Made by a program: the position numbers and the translations under genes
DNA from: a virus
Lineage: Duplodnaviria > Heunggongvirae > Uroviricota > Caudoviricetes
IMG/VR virus record: IMGVR_UViG_3300031088_000776
Length of the DNA: 64,000 nucleotides
Strand: one strand, 5' to 3'
Shown here: positions 18,486-28,575 of the stretch, piece by piece
Layout: every line of letters starts with the position of its first letter
How positions within the stretch are numbered: the first letter of the stretch is position 1
The notes under the pieces: model-generated
Seen by the model: the letters and a program-made list of their open reading frames with translations, nothing else
Told to the model about the DNA's origin: nothing
Database searches by the model: none

Positions 18486-19337
18486 ATGCCTAAAAAAGAA
18501 GAATTAACCGCAAGGGAACAAGTGCGGCTTGAAATGAAGAAAATGAATCAAGGTAATAAAAGAGGTGGCTTCTTTTCCAATAAGTTCGTAATCACGTTCG
18601 GAGTCATCTTTATTATCGCAGCATTTGTAGGCTCGCTTTTAATGTTTGGCGAAAAGCAGCAGGAAGAAGCTAAAAAAGCTATGGCCCCCGTTGTAGATTT
18701 AGTACCTGAAAAGGTTGACGAAAATGGTGCTTTCAGAGCTGTTCAAACAAAAAACAACGAACTTTCTAAGGATGCTGTTCGAGTAGATCTATTCTTCGAC
18801 CCACAATGCCCAGGCTGTGGAGCCATGGATAGAGCAATCGGTAGTGATCTTCGAGAACTTTCCGAAACTGGAGAAATTGATCTTTATTTGAGCCCAGTCG
18901 CGTTTTTAGATAATTCCGGTTATAACAGATACTCTACTAGAGCAACTAATGCTGTCGTCACTGTTGCTGAGGAATCACCTGAAAATCTTGTAAAATACAT
19001 AAACGCAATTTATTCTGAAGAATTCCAGCCTGCTGAAGGCGGCGCAGATCGCCGCACTGACGATGACCTCATTAACGAAGCTGTAGAGGTTGGAGTACCA
19101 CAGGATTCAGCTAATAAAATTAAGAATCACTCATACTTTAAATGGATTGAAGAGACTACAGAATTACAGACTAACCGTCAAGATCTGTTTGCAGGAGGAT
19201 TCTCCACTCCATCACTATTCTTAAATGTTGAGTACAGTGAAGATAATAAAGCTATTAACTTCAAGAAGCTTGATTTCTCTAACGGTTCAATTCAGGACGT
19301 ATTCAATAAAGAACTTAAAGAAGCTAAGAAAGGCTAG
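18486..19337 (+). CDS. membrane-anchored DsbA/thioredoxin-like thiol:disulfide oxidoreductase
   Basis: N-terminal TM helix followed by the CPGC active-site motif in FFDPQCPGCGAMD. The gene ends TAG TAA TAA. Confidence 0.55.
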   Translation: MPKKEELTAREQVRLEMKKMNQGNKRGGFFSNKFVITFGVIFIIAAFVGSLLMFGEKQQEEAKKAMAPVVDLVPEKVDENGAFRAVQTKNNELSKDAVRVDLFFDPQCPGCGAMDRAIGSDLRELSETGEIDLYLSPVAFLDNSGYNRYSTRATNAVVTVAEESPENLVKYINAIYSEEFQPAEGGADRRTDDDLINEAVEVGVPQDSANKIKNHSYFKWIEETTELQTNRQDLFAGGFSTPSLFLNVEYSEDNKAINFKKLDFSNGSIQDVFNKELKEAKKG

Positions 19338-19346
19338 TAATAAAAA

Positions 19347-19901
19347 ATGACTACAGTAAAAAATTTAGATAATCCACAGATTCTACCAATTAATAACCAC
19401 GGTGACTTACGTGGAGCGCATATTAAACTTTATGGATCTGTTCCTGAAAATCTTCTTATCGAAGGTTTTGAAATTAAAGAAGTTTTCATGACCGACTCTC
19501 ATAAAGATGTAGTACGAGGATTGCACTTCCAAGAAGGTGCCCCTCAGTCAAAGATTATTACGCCACTTACTGGTGCTATCCAAGTTAATGTAGTTTATCT
19601 TGATCCGAAGCACGAGAAGTTTGGAGAAGTTGAGCATTACACCTTAAACTCGACTGACAATAAAAGGCTATATGTTCCAGGAATGTGCGGACTTGGTTAT
19701 AGAGTTCTAACTAGTGAGACTAAAGTTCTATATATGGCTAACGAGCACTTCGTCCCAGGTGCTGATACTGGTATTGATCCATTCGATTCTGAATTGAATA
19801 CCTACTGGGGAGAAAACATCAATAAAGATTCTGCAATTCTTTCAGATCGAGATAAAGAACTAGGCTCATTTGCAGACTACGCTAAGAGAGTTGGTAGGTA
19901 G
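19347..19901 (+). CDS. RmlC-like cupin (dTDP/CDP-sugar 3,5-epimerase family)
   Basis: GDLRGAHIKLYGS and VVRGLHFQ resemble the RmlC substrate-binding motifs. Confidence 0.55.
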   Translation: MTTVKNLDNPQILPINNHGDLRGAHIKLYGSVPENLLIEGFEIKEVFMTDSHKDVVRGLHFQEGAPQSKIITPLTGAIQVNVVYLDPKHEKFGEVEHYTLNSTDNKRLYVPGMCGLGYRVLTSETKVLYMANEHFVPGADTGIDPFDSELNTYWGENINKDSAILSDRDKELGSFADYAKRVGR

Positions 19902-19902
19902 C

Positions 19903-20772
19903 ATGAAGTATACTGTAACCGGTGGAACTGGATTCCTTGGTGAGCATCTTGTCAAAAGACTTCTTAATGAGGGTCACGAAGTTAACTCAATTGTAAGGGC
20001 TGGAAATACAACTGCTCACAGAGACTTACTTGAAGCAAACGAAAAACTTTCAGTATTTGAGTATGACGGAACTAGGGATAGTCTAATTTCTTCTATTGAA
20101 GATGCTGATTATGTTATTCACTTAGCTGCTCTCTTCACTACGCGAAAAGAAGAAGCTTCTGTAAAAAGCTTAATGAAGTCGAATATTGATTACTCAGTAA
20201 ACTTATTGAGCGCTATTGATGAGTTTAATCCTAATGCTGGATTCGCATCAGCTTCTACATTTTCAGCATTCGACGAAACTGGGAGTTATAACCCACAGTC
20301 ATTCTACGCTGCTACTAAGCACGCTGTTGAAATTCTAGCAGCAGGTTTTAATGTTAAAGCGACATTCTTACGTTTTAGTGATACATACGGCACTAACGAT
20401 CCGCGAACTAAAATTATGAATCTTGTTCGGGATGCTGTTAAAGAAAACCGAGAGTTTAACTTCCAGTCTCCTGCAGATCAAAAAATCAATCTAACTCACT
20501 ATGATGATGTTGTAGATGCTTTAATTGAAGCCGCTAAGCAGTCTAAAGATCGCTCAGAATCTGGTGTTAAGGCTTACGATTTATTCTACCCTGAAAATGA
20601 AATCACTTTAGGGGAAATGGCAGATATTCTTAATGCAAAAACTAATACTCTGTTAAATTTCCCCATAGTTGGTAAAATAACTGAGTTACCTCCACAGATA
20701 GAGATTCTTCCGAATTTCACACCAAAGAGGACCCCACAAAAAGACTTAGCAAAAACAGTACTTGGAGAGTGA
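19903..20772 (+). CDS. NAD(P)-dependent sugar epimerase/dehydratase/reductase (extended SDR)
   Basis: MKYTVTGGTGFLG is a Rossmann GxxGxxG fold. YAATK supplies the catalytic YxxxK. Confidence 0.7.
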   Translation: MKYTVTGGTGFLGEHLVKRLLNEGHEVNSIVRAGNTTAHRDLLEANEKLSVFEYDGTRDSLISSIEDADYVIHLAALFTTRKEEASVKSLMKSNIDYSVNLLSAIDEFNPNAGFASASTFSAFDETGSYNPQSFYAATKHAVEILAAGFNVKATFLRFSDTYGTNDPRTKIMNLVRDAVKENREFNFQSPADQKINLTHYDDVVDALIEAAKQSKDRSESGVKAYDLFYPENEITLGEMADILNAKTNTLLNFPIVGKITELPPQIEILPNFTPKRTPQKDLAKTVLGE

Positions 20773-20780
20773 AGTAAAAA

Positions 20781-21920
20781 TTGACTGAAGAACTTAATGA
20801 AAAAATTCTTAAAGCGATAGAAGATGCTGACCCCTTAGCGTTTGGAGATATTATAGTCTCTACTGACAGCGCTGGCGTTACAGTTACTGGTAGACTACAT
20901 ACTGCTATTGACAAGGCTAAAGTTTTCAAAATAATGCAGAAAATTGTTGAAGATGTAGCACCCGGCACATCTTTTAACTTGGCATTAGAGGTACCACAAA
21001 AAGGCCTTAAAGTAAGAACTCGCCGAGGAAAAACTATTACTGAAGCAACTAATCGCCGCCGTGAAACGAAGCCTCTAGATGAAATTGAGACTATCTATTA
21101 CGGGATGATGAAAACTTCTGAATTAGAGTTGAACCCTAAGTACAAGCGAGTAAACCACGAGACCTATCAGCGTCTTATTGACATTGTAAGGGTTCTCAAC
21201 TTTATTGAACCGATTATTGTGGACAAGAACTATAAGATCATTGATGGCAATCTACGTCTTGAGGTAGCGCAAAAACTAAAAATTAAAGAAGTTCCAGTTG
21301 TAGTTATCGATGACGATGGGATCAAGTCTGACTTCATTCGATTAGCTAAAAACAGGATTACCGAATTCCAACGTTGGCGCTGGGATGAAGTTGATGAGTT
21401 TGTAGATTCAGTTCCTCAAGCTCAGCCGCTTCTAGAGCCACTAGGATTCTTCGGTGACAAGATTCTGCCAACCTCATACTTCGCTAACACAGTTCTAAAC
21501 TACGAACTTGATGAGTTTAACGATCAGCAGAAAAAGTACTCTCAAGATATTGGTCTTGCGCAATGGGCTGAAATGAGAAGAAAGCAACAGGCTCGACAGC
21601 TGAAAGCAAAAGAAAAGGCTAAAGAAGCTAAGAAAATTACTAGCGAGACTAAATCATTATTTGATTTAACCCCTAAGCCTAAAGACTTTCTAGAAACATA
21701 TAATGCTGAAGAAGAAATTGAGAAGAATACTGAATCTATGAAAGAACTAGCCGGTAAGATTACTGAAAACTTCGATAATGAAACTAAGGCAAAGAAAGAA
21801 GCTGAAGGTAAAGTCTGGCAGAATACTCGCCGCACTTCACAGCAACTCGCTGATGATAAGCGCGCTGCAGCAGCCGAGAAGAAAAAGGCTGAAAAGAAGT
21901 CTAAGAAGAAGAAAGATTAA
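20781..21920 (+). CDS. ParB-like nuclease domain protein with a Lys-rich tail
   Basis: IIDGNLRLEVAQKLKIKEVPVVVI resembles the ParB N-terminal GxRRxxA box. The C-terminus is KKAEKKSKKKKD. Confidence 0.5.
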   Translation: MTEELNEKILKAIEDADPLAFGDIIVSTDSAGVTVTGRLHTAIDKAKVFKIMQKIVEDVAPGTSFNLALEVPQKGLKVRTRRGKTITEATNRRRETKPLDEIETIYYGMMKTSELELNPKYKRVNHETYQRLIDIVRVLNFIEPIIVDKNYKIIDGNLRLEVAQKLKIKEVPVVVIDDDGIKSDFIRLAKNRITEFQRWRWDEVDEFVDSVPQAQPLLEPLGFFGDKILPTSYFANTVLNYELDEFNDQQKKYSQDIGLAQWAEMRRKQQARQLKAKEKAKEAKKITSETKSLFDLTPKPKDFLETYNAEEEIEKNTESMKELAGKITENFDNETKAKKEAEGKVWQNTRRTSQQLADDKRAAAAEKKKAEKKSKKKKD

Positions 21921-22080
21921 TCTAGAAAATAGATCTAACTGATCTTTCTATTGGCACAATACTTATATGAGTAAAGCCAATTAATCTTTTAATTTGAGGG
22001 TGGGTTCTCAACGCTAAGGGAACCCACCCTCAAAAAGAATTCTACAATATTACGCTTAAAGAACTGTAAGGAGAATATAA

Positions 22081-23373
22081 GTGTCCAAAAAAGATACTAA
22101 CGAGATTTTAGATGAGAATCAGCAGTCGCTTGAAGAAACTAGTAATGATTCAGTAAGTGAGCTACCAACAGAAGCTATAGAAAACTTCAAGTACTTCGAA
22201 AAAGGACCTAAACGCCCTAAACAGCTAAAAGAATCAAGTGATGAGCACATTTACTACCACTATGAGTTATTTACTGGATGGACTGATGAAGAAATTGAAG
22301 AAGCCAATCGCAAAGAGCGAGAAGAATCGGAAAAGGCTCTAGAGCAAATCAAGGCGGATGGTTTCATTGAATTTCCAATATGGTTCGAAAATGTAGATGG
22401 GGAGACTGTAGAGCGTTCAGCTTGGATACCACCTAATTTTGAACCTAGCTGTAGCGAAGGATTCCGTGAAAAATACGGAATGAACTATAATATCTATATT
22501 CCCTCATACGAGCGTTACGACAAAGCACTTACAATGAAGATGCTTGATCGCCTAGGCGTTAAGAATTACTACATTGCAGTTGACCCTACTCAATATGAGA
22601 AGTACAAAGCAGTCTTCGGTCCCGATAAAATTATTATTAGAGACATCTATTTTAAAGATACTGACATGCTTGACATGGCTACTTCAATTAAGTCTCCAAA
22701 TACTATGCACGGTACCGCAGGTATCTACAACTTCTTACTATCTTTCAGTAGATCTATCGGTGAAGAAAAATACTGGACTATGGACGATGACTTCTTAGGT
22801 ATGGCAATGAAAGCACATAAGGGTTCCGAAATTTGGAATCCCTCAGTTAAGCCTTATAATAAAGAAGATTTCTATCGTTGCTCTAACATTAAGTCAGAGT
22901 ATGGATTCAGTCAAGCGGAGTTCCTATGTTCTATGGAGGATCTTTCGAATAAGATGCGTAATCCAGGGTTCGTAGGTCTAGAGAAATTCGGAATCGTTTT
23001 TACACTTCCAGTAGTTTGGAAACTTGGAACAAGAGTCTACTCATTCTACCTTTCAGACAATAAGACTCAGATTAACCACTTTGGGGGAAACAACAATGAT
23101 GTAGTGACGAGTTTAGAGTTAAGCAAGCGCGGTCTAGTGAATATGCTCTTTGAAGGGATTTCTTATAATAGTGAACCAACCCAAGGGGGAGGCGGACTTA
23201 CAACATCATACAGAAGGTTCGGGACTTTACAAAAGGGTAAGATATTAGTTCGCGCAGTGCCTAACTTCTCAAAAATCTCCTACAATTATAGCAGAATCCA
23301 TCACTTCGTAGACTACAATGGCTACAACCGCCAGCGTATCGTTGGCGCTGTAAAACCTGAAGAAGAGAAGTAA
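22081..23373 (+). CDS. hypothetical protein, possible GT-A-like glycosyltransferase
   Basis: Acidic N-terminus. YWTMDDDF is a DxD-like motif. No strong motif evidence. Confidence 0.25.
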   Translation: MSKKDTNEILDENQQSLEETSNDSVSELPTEAIENFKYFEKGPKRPKQLKESSDEHIYYHYELFTGWTDEEIEEANRKEREESEKALEQIKADGFIEFPIWFENVDGETVERSAWIPPNFEPSCSEGFREKYGMNYNIYIPSYERYDKALTMKMLDRLGVKNYYIAVDPTQYEKYKAVFGPDKIIIRDIYFKDTDMLDMATSIKSPNTMHGTAGIYNFLLSFSRSIGEEKYWTMDDDFLGMAMKAHKGSEIWNPSVKPYNKEDFYRCSNIKSEYGFSQAEFLCSMEDLSNKMRNPGFVGLEKFGIVFTLPVVWKLGTRVYSFYLSDNKTQINHFGGNNNDVVTSLELSKRGLVNMLFEGISYNSEPTQGGGGLTTSYRRFGTLQKGKILVRAVPNFSKISYNYSRIHHFVDYNGYNRQRIVGAVKPEEEK

Positions 23374-23403
23374 TATAGATTAAAGAAAACTGAAAGGCTT
23401 TCT

Positions 23404-23886
23404 ATGGCTGGGCATAAAAGAGTACTATTCAAAGAAAAGTACCCTGAACTTCTAAAATTCTTTACTAAACCAATAGAACTTGAAAATATTACTATTGGTG
23501 ATCAAAGAAAATTTGAAGTAAAATGCTCTAAGGGCCATAGAAAGCCTATTCTTTTAAAGACTTTAATTAAAGAAAAGCGCGTACCATGTGGTTATTGTTC
23601 TGGATGATTAATTTACAAAGTTTCGGAAGAACAGAAGAAAGTCTCTTTAGGGTTAATCACAGGTGAGCTTGACAATCTAAGAAACGACTTTTGGTTTACG
23701 CACCCTCAATTAGCTGAGAATCTAGTTAATCCTGAAGAAGGACTCCTAATTGGACCTAATTCAACTAAAGCCTTAGACTTTATTTGCTCTAAGAAACATA
23801 TTTTAAAATTTAAAGCGAACACTAAAACCTCTTTGAATCCTGATTGTGGTTATTGCGTAAGAAAGAAACTATTTAGTTTTAAGTAA
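23404..23886 (+). pseudogene. remnant of a zinc-ribbon-repeat gene, with an in-frame TGA and no endonuclease domain
   Basis: The 67-aa ORF ends PCGYCSG-TGA. The same frame continues for 92 more codons to PDCGYCVRKK-TAA, and both halves carry the W/CxxC ribbon pattern of the 28576/30910/52725/54118 family. Confidence 0.45.
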
Positions 23887-24107
23887 GACAGCTCTTTTAG
23901 AAAAATACAAAATTAACAACGTAAGTTTTATGAAATTAGCAACCAGATTAGGTCTTGTTAGTAAAACGCATTACAAGAGTCTTAAGCATTAATAAAGAAG
24001 AAAATTGCGAATACTGCTAAATGTCTGTCAAATTCTCTTCGATTTGTGGTATAGTTTACTTTGAGATAATTTTGTAAGAATTTTTGTAGTGATTTGGAGG
24101 GTTCCTA

Positions 24108-24305
24108 ATGGTAAATATCACAGTTGAGATCAGAGACGCTTATACGGAAATCCCCAGTAATATTGAAGTTTTCTGGGCTGAGAATCATGAGAAAGTCGTT
24201 TTCTTCAAAGATGATGATTTTATTGACTTCGTTAACTTAACATCTTCTACAAATAACAAATCAGGGGCTGTGAAGGCTGCTTTAAAACACTTGAAGAAAG
24301 ATTAA
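24108..24305 (+). CDS. hypothetical small protein
   Basis: 65-aa ORF with GGAGGG upstream. Confidence 0.4.
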   Translation: MVNITVEIRDAYTEIPSNIEVFWAENHEKVVFFKDDDFIDFVNLTSSTNNKSGAVKAALKHLKKD

Positions 24306-24312
24306 TATAATA

Positions 24313-24981
24313 ATGTTACCACGCTTGTTTAATAGAAAGCCTAAGCCTACGAGAAGCGAATTAAGAGTTCAGAAAAATTTAGAAACTCTTAAAAGCGAGC
24401 AATCTATTTTAACTGTCAGTATTACACAGAAATCTCGCCGCGATGGTTCTGAAACTCGCCAAAGTATCTTTTATACTGATTCGTATGAGGTTAAAGGCCA
24501 GCCCGATCAATTATTAGATCATGCGAGTTTCCGTATTTTTGAATCCTACAATAAGATACTTAGATACGCTTCTAATTACAAAGGTACTAAGACTACTATG
24601 GAAAGGCCTTTTGACCCAAAGGAGTTTGAATGGCGTTATAATTTCAGTATTGATAGTTTGTACGGAATAGGTGGAAATGGTTCAAGCGGACCACTTAATT
24701 CAGCGAGATCTCTTTTAAATAGTTTCAATATTTTTAGAAATAATTTACCTAAGACTCTTGACTGTGAATTGATAAAAATGAATTATCTTATTGAAATGAC
24801 AGAAGACAAAAGACGTGAAGTTATGAATAGTTTGTCAAGTAGTGAAATGGGTTTCTTAGAGAAGGCCCCTAAAACGGCAGAAGAATATGTTAATAGTGCC
24901 CTTAATTCTAAAATGATGGAAGAATATTTTGATAAGAATGGTGAATACTTACTAAGATTGTCAAATTTAACTGAAGCTTAA
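24313..24981 (+). CDS. hypothetical protein
   Basis: 222-aa ORF. Confidence 0.5.
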   Translation: MLPRLFNRKPKPTRSELRVQKNLETLKSEQSILTVSITQKSRRDGSETRQSIFYTDSYEVKGQPDQLLDHASFRIFESYNKILRYASNYKGTKTTMERPFDPKEFEWRYNFSIDSLYGIGGNGSSGPLNSARSLLNSFNIFRNNLPKTLDCELIKMNYLIEMTEDKRREVMNSLSSSEMGFLEKAPKTAEEYVNSALNSKMMEEYFDKNGEYLLRLSNLTEA

Positions 24982-25072
24982 CTAGTTTTGATGACTTTAG
25001 ATTATTTTCAATATATAGTTAGTCTTTAATAAGTATAGTCTAGGTAAACATTAATTAAATTAGTAGGTTTTA

Positions 25073-25531
25073 ATGAGCGAATCAATAAATGATTTCAATA
25101 GATCCGACATTGTAAATAGGGCGATCATTCTAGCGAATAAAGCGCATTCCCAGGATATGTGGGGTGAGCACCCTTATTCAATTCATCTTGCGCTTACTGC
25201 AGTAAAGATTCGAGAAGTGATCCCTGGAGTTCCGATGGCGGAGGCAGCAGCTTGGCTTCATGATGTAGTTGAGGATCATCCAGAATATGCTTCACAGGTT
25301 CGCGAAGAGTTTCCTGAAGTCTATGAAGCTGTAGTGAACGTTTCTCGTAAGAGTGATGAGAGTTATGATGAGTTTATTGATAGAGTCATCGGAACTAAGG
25401 ATAGACTGACGATTTCTTTGAAATATGCGGATATGTCAGTAAATCTAGGTAATAATCCTCGCGAGAGTTTGCGTGAAAGATATGAGAAGAATATTGATAG
25501 GTTAGCAGAAGCCCTCAAAGAATTTGAATAA
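25073..25531 (+). CDS. HD-domain phosphohydrolase
   Basis: A His in HSQDMWGEHPYSIHLAL followed by LHDVVEDH gives the H...HD...D pattern. Confidence 0.55.
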   Translation: MSESINDFNRSDIVNRAIILANKAHSQDMWGEHPYSIHLALTAVKIREVIPGVPMAEAAAWLHDVVEDHPEYASQVREEFPEVYEAVVNVSRKSDESYDEFIDRVIGTKDRLTISLKYADMSVNLGNNPRESLRERYEKNIDRLAEALKEFE

Positions 25532-25671
25532 ACATATTAAAATCTTTGTTTTTGAAAGTCTATAATTTCTTGTTACAATTATTTTAGTGCGTTGCTTCTT
25601 ACTGCACTATAAAAACTAAGGAGCTGGTGGCGACCCTGATAATCAAAAAAATTTTGAAAGGTTGCAAAATA

Positions 25672-26724
25672 ATGAGAAAGCTAGTAACAGTAAAGACTAT
25701 CGACCAGATTACACCAATCCCAGATGCTGATCGCATCGAGGTAGCGAGAATTGATGGTTGGAATGTAGTCGTTGGTAAGGATCAGCATCATGTTGGAGAA
25801 AAGGTCGCTTTCTTCGAGATCGACTCTTTCCTTCGTGAAGATCTTCCAAGGTTCGAGCAGTTTCAGTCACGTGGTCAGAAGGCCATGGAGGTTGAAGGTG
25901 TAGAGCTTAGAGGCCATGTTCTTAAGACTATTAAGCTTCGAGGCGTATACTCTCAAGGGCTTATTATGAGCCTTGAAGCTGTTGGGTTCAATCCAAGCGA
26001 AGTGGCTGAACTTACTGAAGGTACGGACATTACTAATATTGCCGGCGCGTTAAAGTGGGAGCCTCCGCTTCCTACCTCTGTTGAAATCATTGGTGAGTTT
26101 GATACTCGTCACTCTCCGAAGACTGATGCAGTTCGATTACAAAACATTGTTGATCTGTGGGATGAGATTCGAGAAATTGACTGGACTCCTACAGTAAAGG
26201 TTGACGGAACATCCCAGACATTTGCTAACTTTGACGGTAAAATTCGTGTCTTTGGTAGAAATTGGGAACTCGATCCAGAAACTTCAGTAGGCCTTAAGCT
26301 CGCTCGTGAGAATGGTATTTTTGAAGATCTTGAAGAAATGGGTAATAGCTCTGTAATTCAGGCAGAGCTAGTCGGTCCAGGTATTCAGGCTAACTCTTTG
26401 AAGCTTCCAGGTAAGAGACTTATTGTTTTCTCTGTTTGGAGGAATGGAGTTAAGCTTGAGCGTAGCGAGTGGCCTGCTTCTGCATTGAAGCATTCGACTC
26501 CTATTCTAGGTGACGAATATCTTCCAAAGAACTTTGAAAGCGCTGAAGGTCTTATTGATTTTGTCAACGGTCTTAAGGGGAGCGTTAGCAAGAATGTTAA
26601 AGATGAGGGTGTGGTTTACCATCCAGTGAACCCATCTTCAGTACCTCTAGAGTTAGTGAATAGCCTTGATCGCAATCTTAACTTTAAGGTTATTTCAAAC
26701 GCTTGGCTTTTAAAGAATTCATAA
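25672..26724 (+). CDS. ATP-dependent RNA ligase (N-terminal OB-like domain plus nucleotidyltransferase)
   Basis: Motif I KVDGTS in TVKVDGTSQTF and motif IV EGVV in KDEGVVYHP, with a Lys-containing C-terminus. GAAAGG RBS lies before the ATG at 25672. Confidence 0.55.
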   Translation: MRKLVTVKTIDQITPIPDADRIEVARIDGWNVVVGKDQHHVGEKVAFFEIDSFLREDLPRFEQFQSRGQKAMEVEGVELRGHVLKTIKLRGVYSQGLIMSLEAVGFNPSEVAELTEGTDITNIAGALKWEPPLPTSVEIIGEFDTRHSPKTDAVRLQNIVDLWDEIREIDWTPTVKVDGTSQTFANFDGKIRVFGRNWELDPETSVGLKLARENGIFEDLEEMGNSSVIQAELVGPGIQANSLKLPGKRLIVFSVWRNGVKLERSEWPASALKHSTPILGDEYLPKNFESAEGLIDFVNGLKGSVSKNVKDEGVVYHPVNPSSVPLELVNSLDRNLNFKVISNAWLLKNS

Positions 26725-26901
26725 ATTTAATAAAGTGTAAAGCATGAGCAAGTTGTAAGGCTAAAAGAACTTAAAGACATGATACTTCGTGTTAATAGCT
26801 TCTTTTAGCCTTACGCAGTATTTCTTGAGCAATTTTATTTTGTGATAATAAAATCTTATGATAGGATAGATTCAAATAAACTTTTAATGGAGGGGTTAAC
26901 T

Positions 26902-28500
26902 TTGAGTAATAAAGAAATGGCCGGAGACGCAATTGTTCTTTCTAAGAAGAAAGCAATTGAAGAAATCCTAGAGAATATGCGAAAGCAAGACTACCCGGAA
27001 CACGCTATCAACCAGATGCGTGAAGATCTAGAGAATAATCAGACTACTCGAAAGCTTACTAAAACCGAAAGAGAGCTTTACGCTAGCGCTCTTGTTACAG
27101 CAGTTTCACAAATGAGCGCTTTCCGTGACGCTGTAAACATTCTCAACCCCTATATGGACGCATTAGCCCCTACTGCTTATGTTGACCAGTACGCACGAGT
27201 TGCTGTAAGCCCTTGGTTCCTTCATAAGATTGGAGCTTACGAGCGAGGCGCTGTTCTTCTACATGAGTCGATGCACGTTTTAAATAATCAGTTTGAACGC
27301 CGTGAGCGTGAAGGCATCAGCATGAAGTACTTCAACCTTGCTGGCGATATGGAAATCAATACTACCCTCAAAAAGGCTACTGGTGTCCCACTTCCTGAAG
27401 GTTGTATCTTCCCAGACGAAAAGCCATACCAATTCAATTCTGGCTTAACTATGGAGAAGTATGCTTCTCTACTAAAAGATTCTGACGCTGATGAAAAGAA
27501 ATTCGAAAATCAGCCAAATCCTAATGAGCAACAGCAGCAAGACCAGTCTGGCTCCCCGCAGTCAGGAGGCTCTAGTTCACAGGACCAGGAAGAGTCTGAA
27601 GGTGAATCAGATGGTAACTCTCAAGGTCAGCAAGATTCTGGTAATGGAGAGGAAGATAAGAATTCTAAAGGTAAGGGTTCTGGAAAATCTGAAAAAGACA
27701 GCAACTCTAAGGAATGGGGTTGTGGCGAGGTAACTGAAGAAAAGGTTCAGAATGCCGATGATATTGGTATTGAACGCGCTTCAGAAGCTGAACAAAACTC
27801 AGTAATTAAGAATACTGCGGCAAAGGTTGCTGAAGAGGCGGCTAAGGCTCGTCAAGCTGGCAGAAGCCATATGGATGAATTCTACAATCTAGTGTTAGAG
27901 CGTATGTACCGTCCTAAGGTGAACTGGCGAGATGTTTTCAGAAGTGCTGTAGGAAAGGCTAACAGCTCTGCTGCTCGAGGCCGTGCGCATTATTCATACC
28001 GTCGAACTAACCGCCGACTTAACAGTGGTAAGTTTATCTTCCCAGGCATGGTTACTTACAAGCCGACCATGATGCTAGGGCTTGATATTTCAGGGTCTAT
28101 GACTTCGCAGGATTACGAAATCTTTATGACTGAGCTTGAAAGCATTATGAAGAACTGCGCTCGCTCTAATGACTCACTAAAAATCTTCCCAGTGGATACG
28201 ACTGTAGGAAATACGCAGGTAGTTAAGTCAGTTAAAGATCTGAAACTCCGTGGAGGTGGAGGAACCATGATGGAGGTTGGATTGATGTACGTGAAGAGTC
28301 TTCCTAAAAAGACTGCGCCAGACATCTTCGTTCTTACAACCGACGGTGGTACTGACTGGAAGGCCTTCGAGCGCGAAGCTATTGATCTAATCAAGTACTG
28401 TAAAGTTATCGTTCTTGTGACTAGCAAATATGGCTGGGGAACTGTTCCTGATTCATTAAAGAATCTTCTCACAGTAATTGACGTTACTGAAGATAAGTAA
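26902..28500 (+). CDS. VWA-domain protein with an N-terminal metallopeptidase-like region (DUF2201-type MoxR partner)
   Basis: HESMHV (HExxH-like) and the MIDAS motif GLDISGSMTS. The centre is a Gln/Ser/Asp-rich low-complexity stretch. GGAGGGG RBS plus TTG start at 26902. Confidence 0.65.
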   Translation: MSNKEMAGDAIVLSKKKAIEEILENMRKQDYPEHAINQMREDLENNQTTRKLTKTERELYASALVTAVSQMSAFRDAVNILNPYMDALAPTAYVDQYARVAVSPWFLHKIGAYERGAVLLHESMHVLNNQFERREREGISMKYFNLAGDMEINTTLKKATGVPLPEGCIFPDEKPYQFNSGLTMEKYASLLKDSDADEKKFENQPNPNEQQQQDQSGSPQSGGSSSQDQEESEGESDGNSQGQQDSGNGEEDKNSKGKGSGKSEKDSNSKEWGCGEVTEEKVQNADDIGIERASEAEQNSVIKNTAAKVAEEAAKARQAGRSHMDEFYNLVLERMYRPKVNWRDVFRSAVGKANSSAARGRAHYSYRRTNRRLNSGKFIFPGMVTYKPTMMLGLDISGSMTSQDYEIFMTELESIMKNCARSNDSLKIFPVDTTVGNTQVVKSVKDLKLRGGGGTMMEVGLMYVKSLPKKTAPDIFVLTTDGGTDWKAFEREAIDLIKYCKVIVLVTSKYGWGTVPDSLKNLLTVIDVTEDK

Positions 28501-28575
28501 AAATAAATAACTCTTAGGCTAGAATTGGTAAAGTAATAGAAACAATTCTAGCCTAAGAAAGTATCTAAAGATAGA

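Noticed and set aside
21996-22031. Hairpin gagggtgggttc...gaacccaccctc called as an intrinsic terminator
   Set aside because: Strong stem, but no U-run follows it on either strand. It is left as an unclassified structure.
23404-23886. Genome-wide TGA reassignment
   Set aside because: TGA terminates many confident genes here, for example 498-1061, 14164-14970, 19903-20772 and 60613-61695. The single in-frame TGA is better explained as a pseudogene or a local readthrough.
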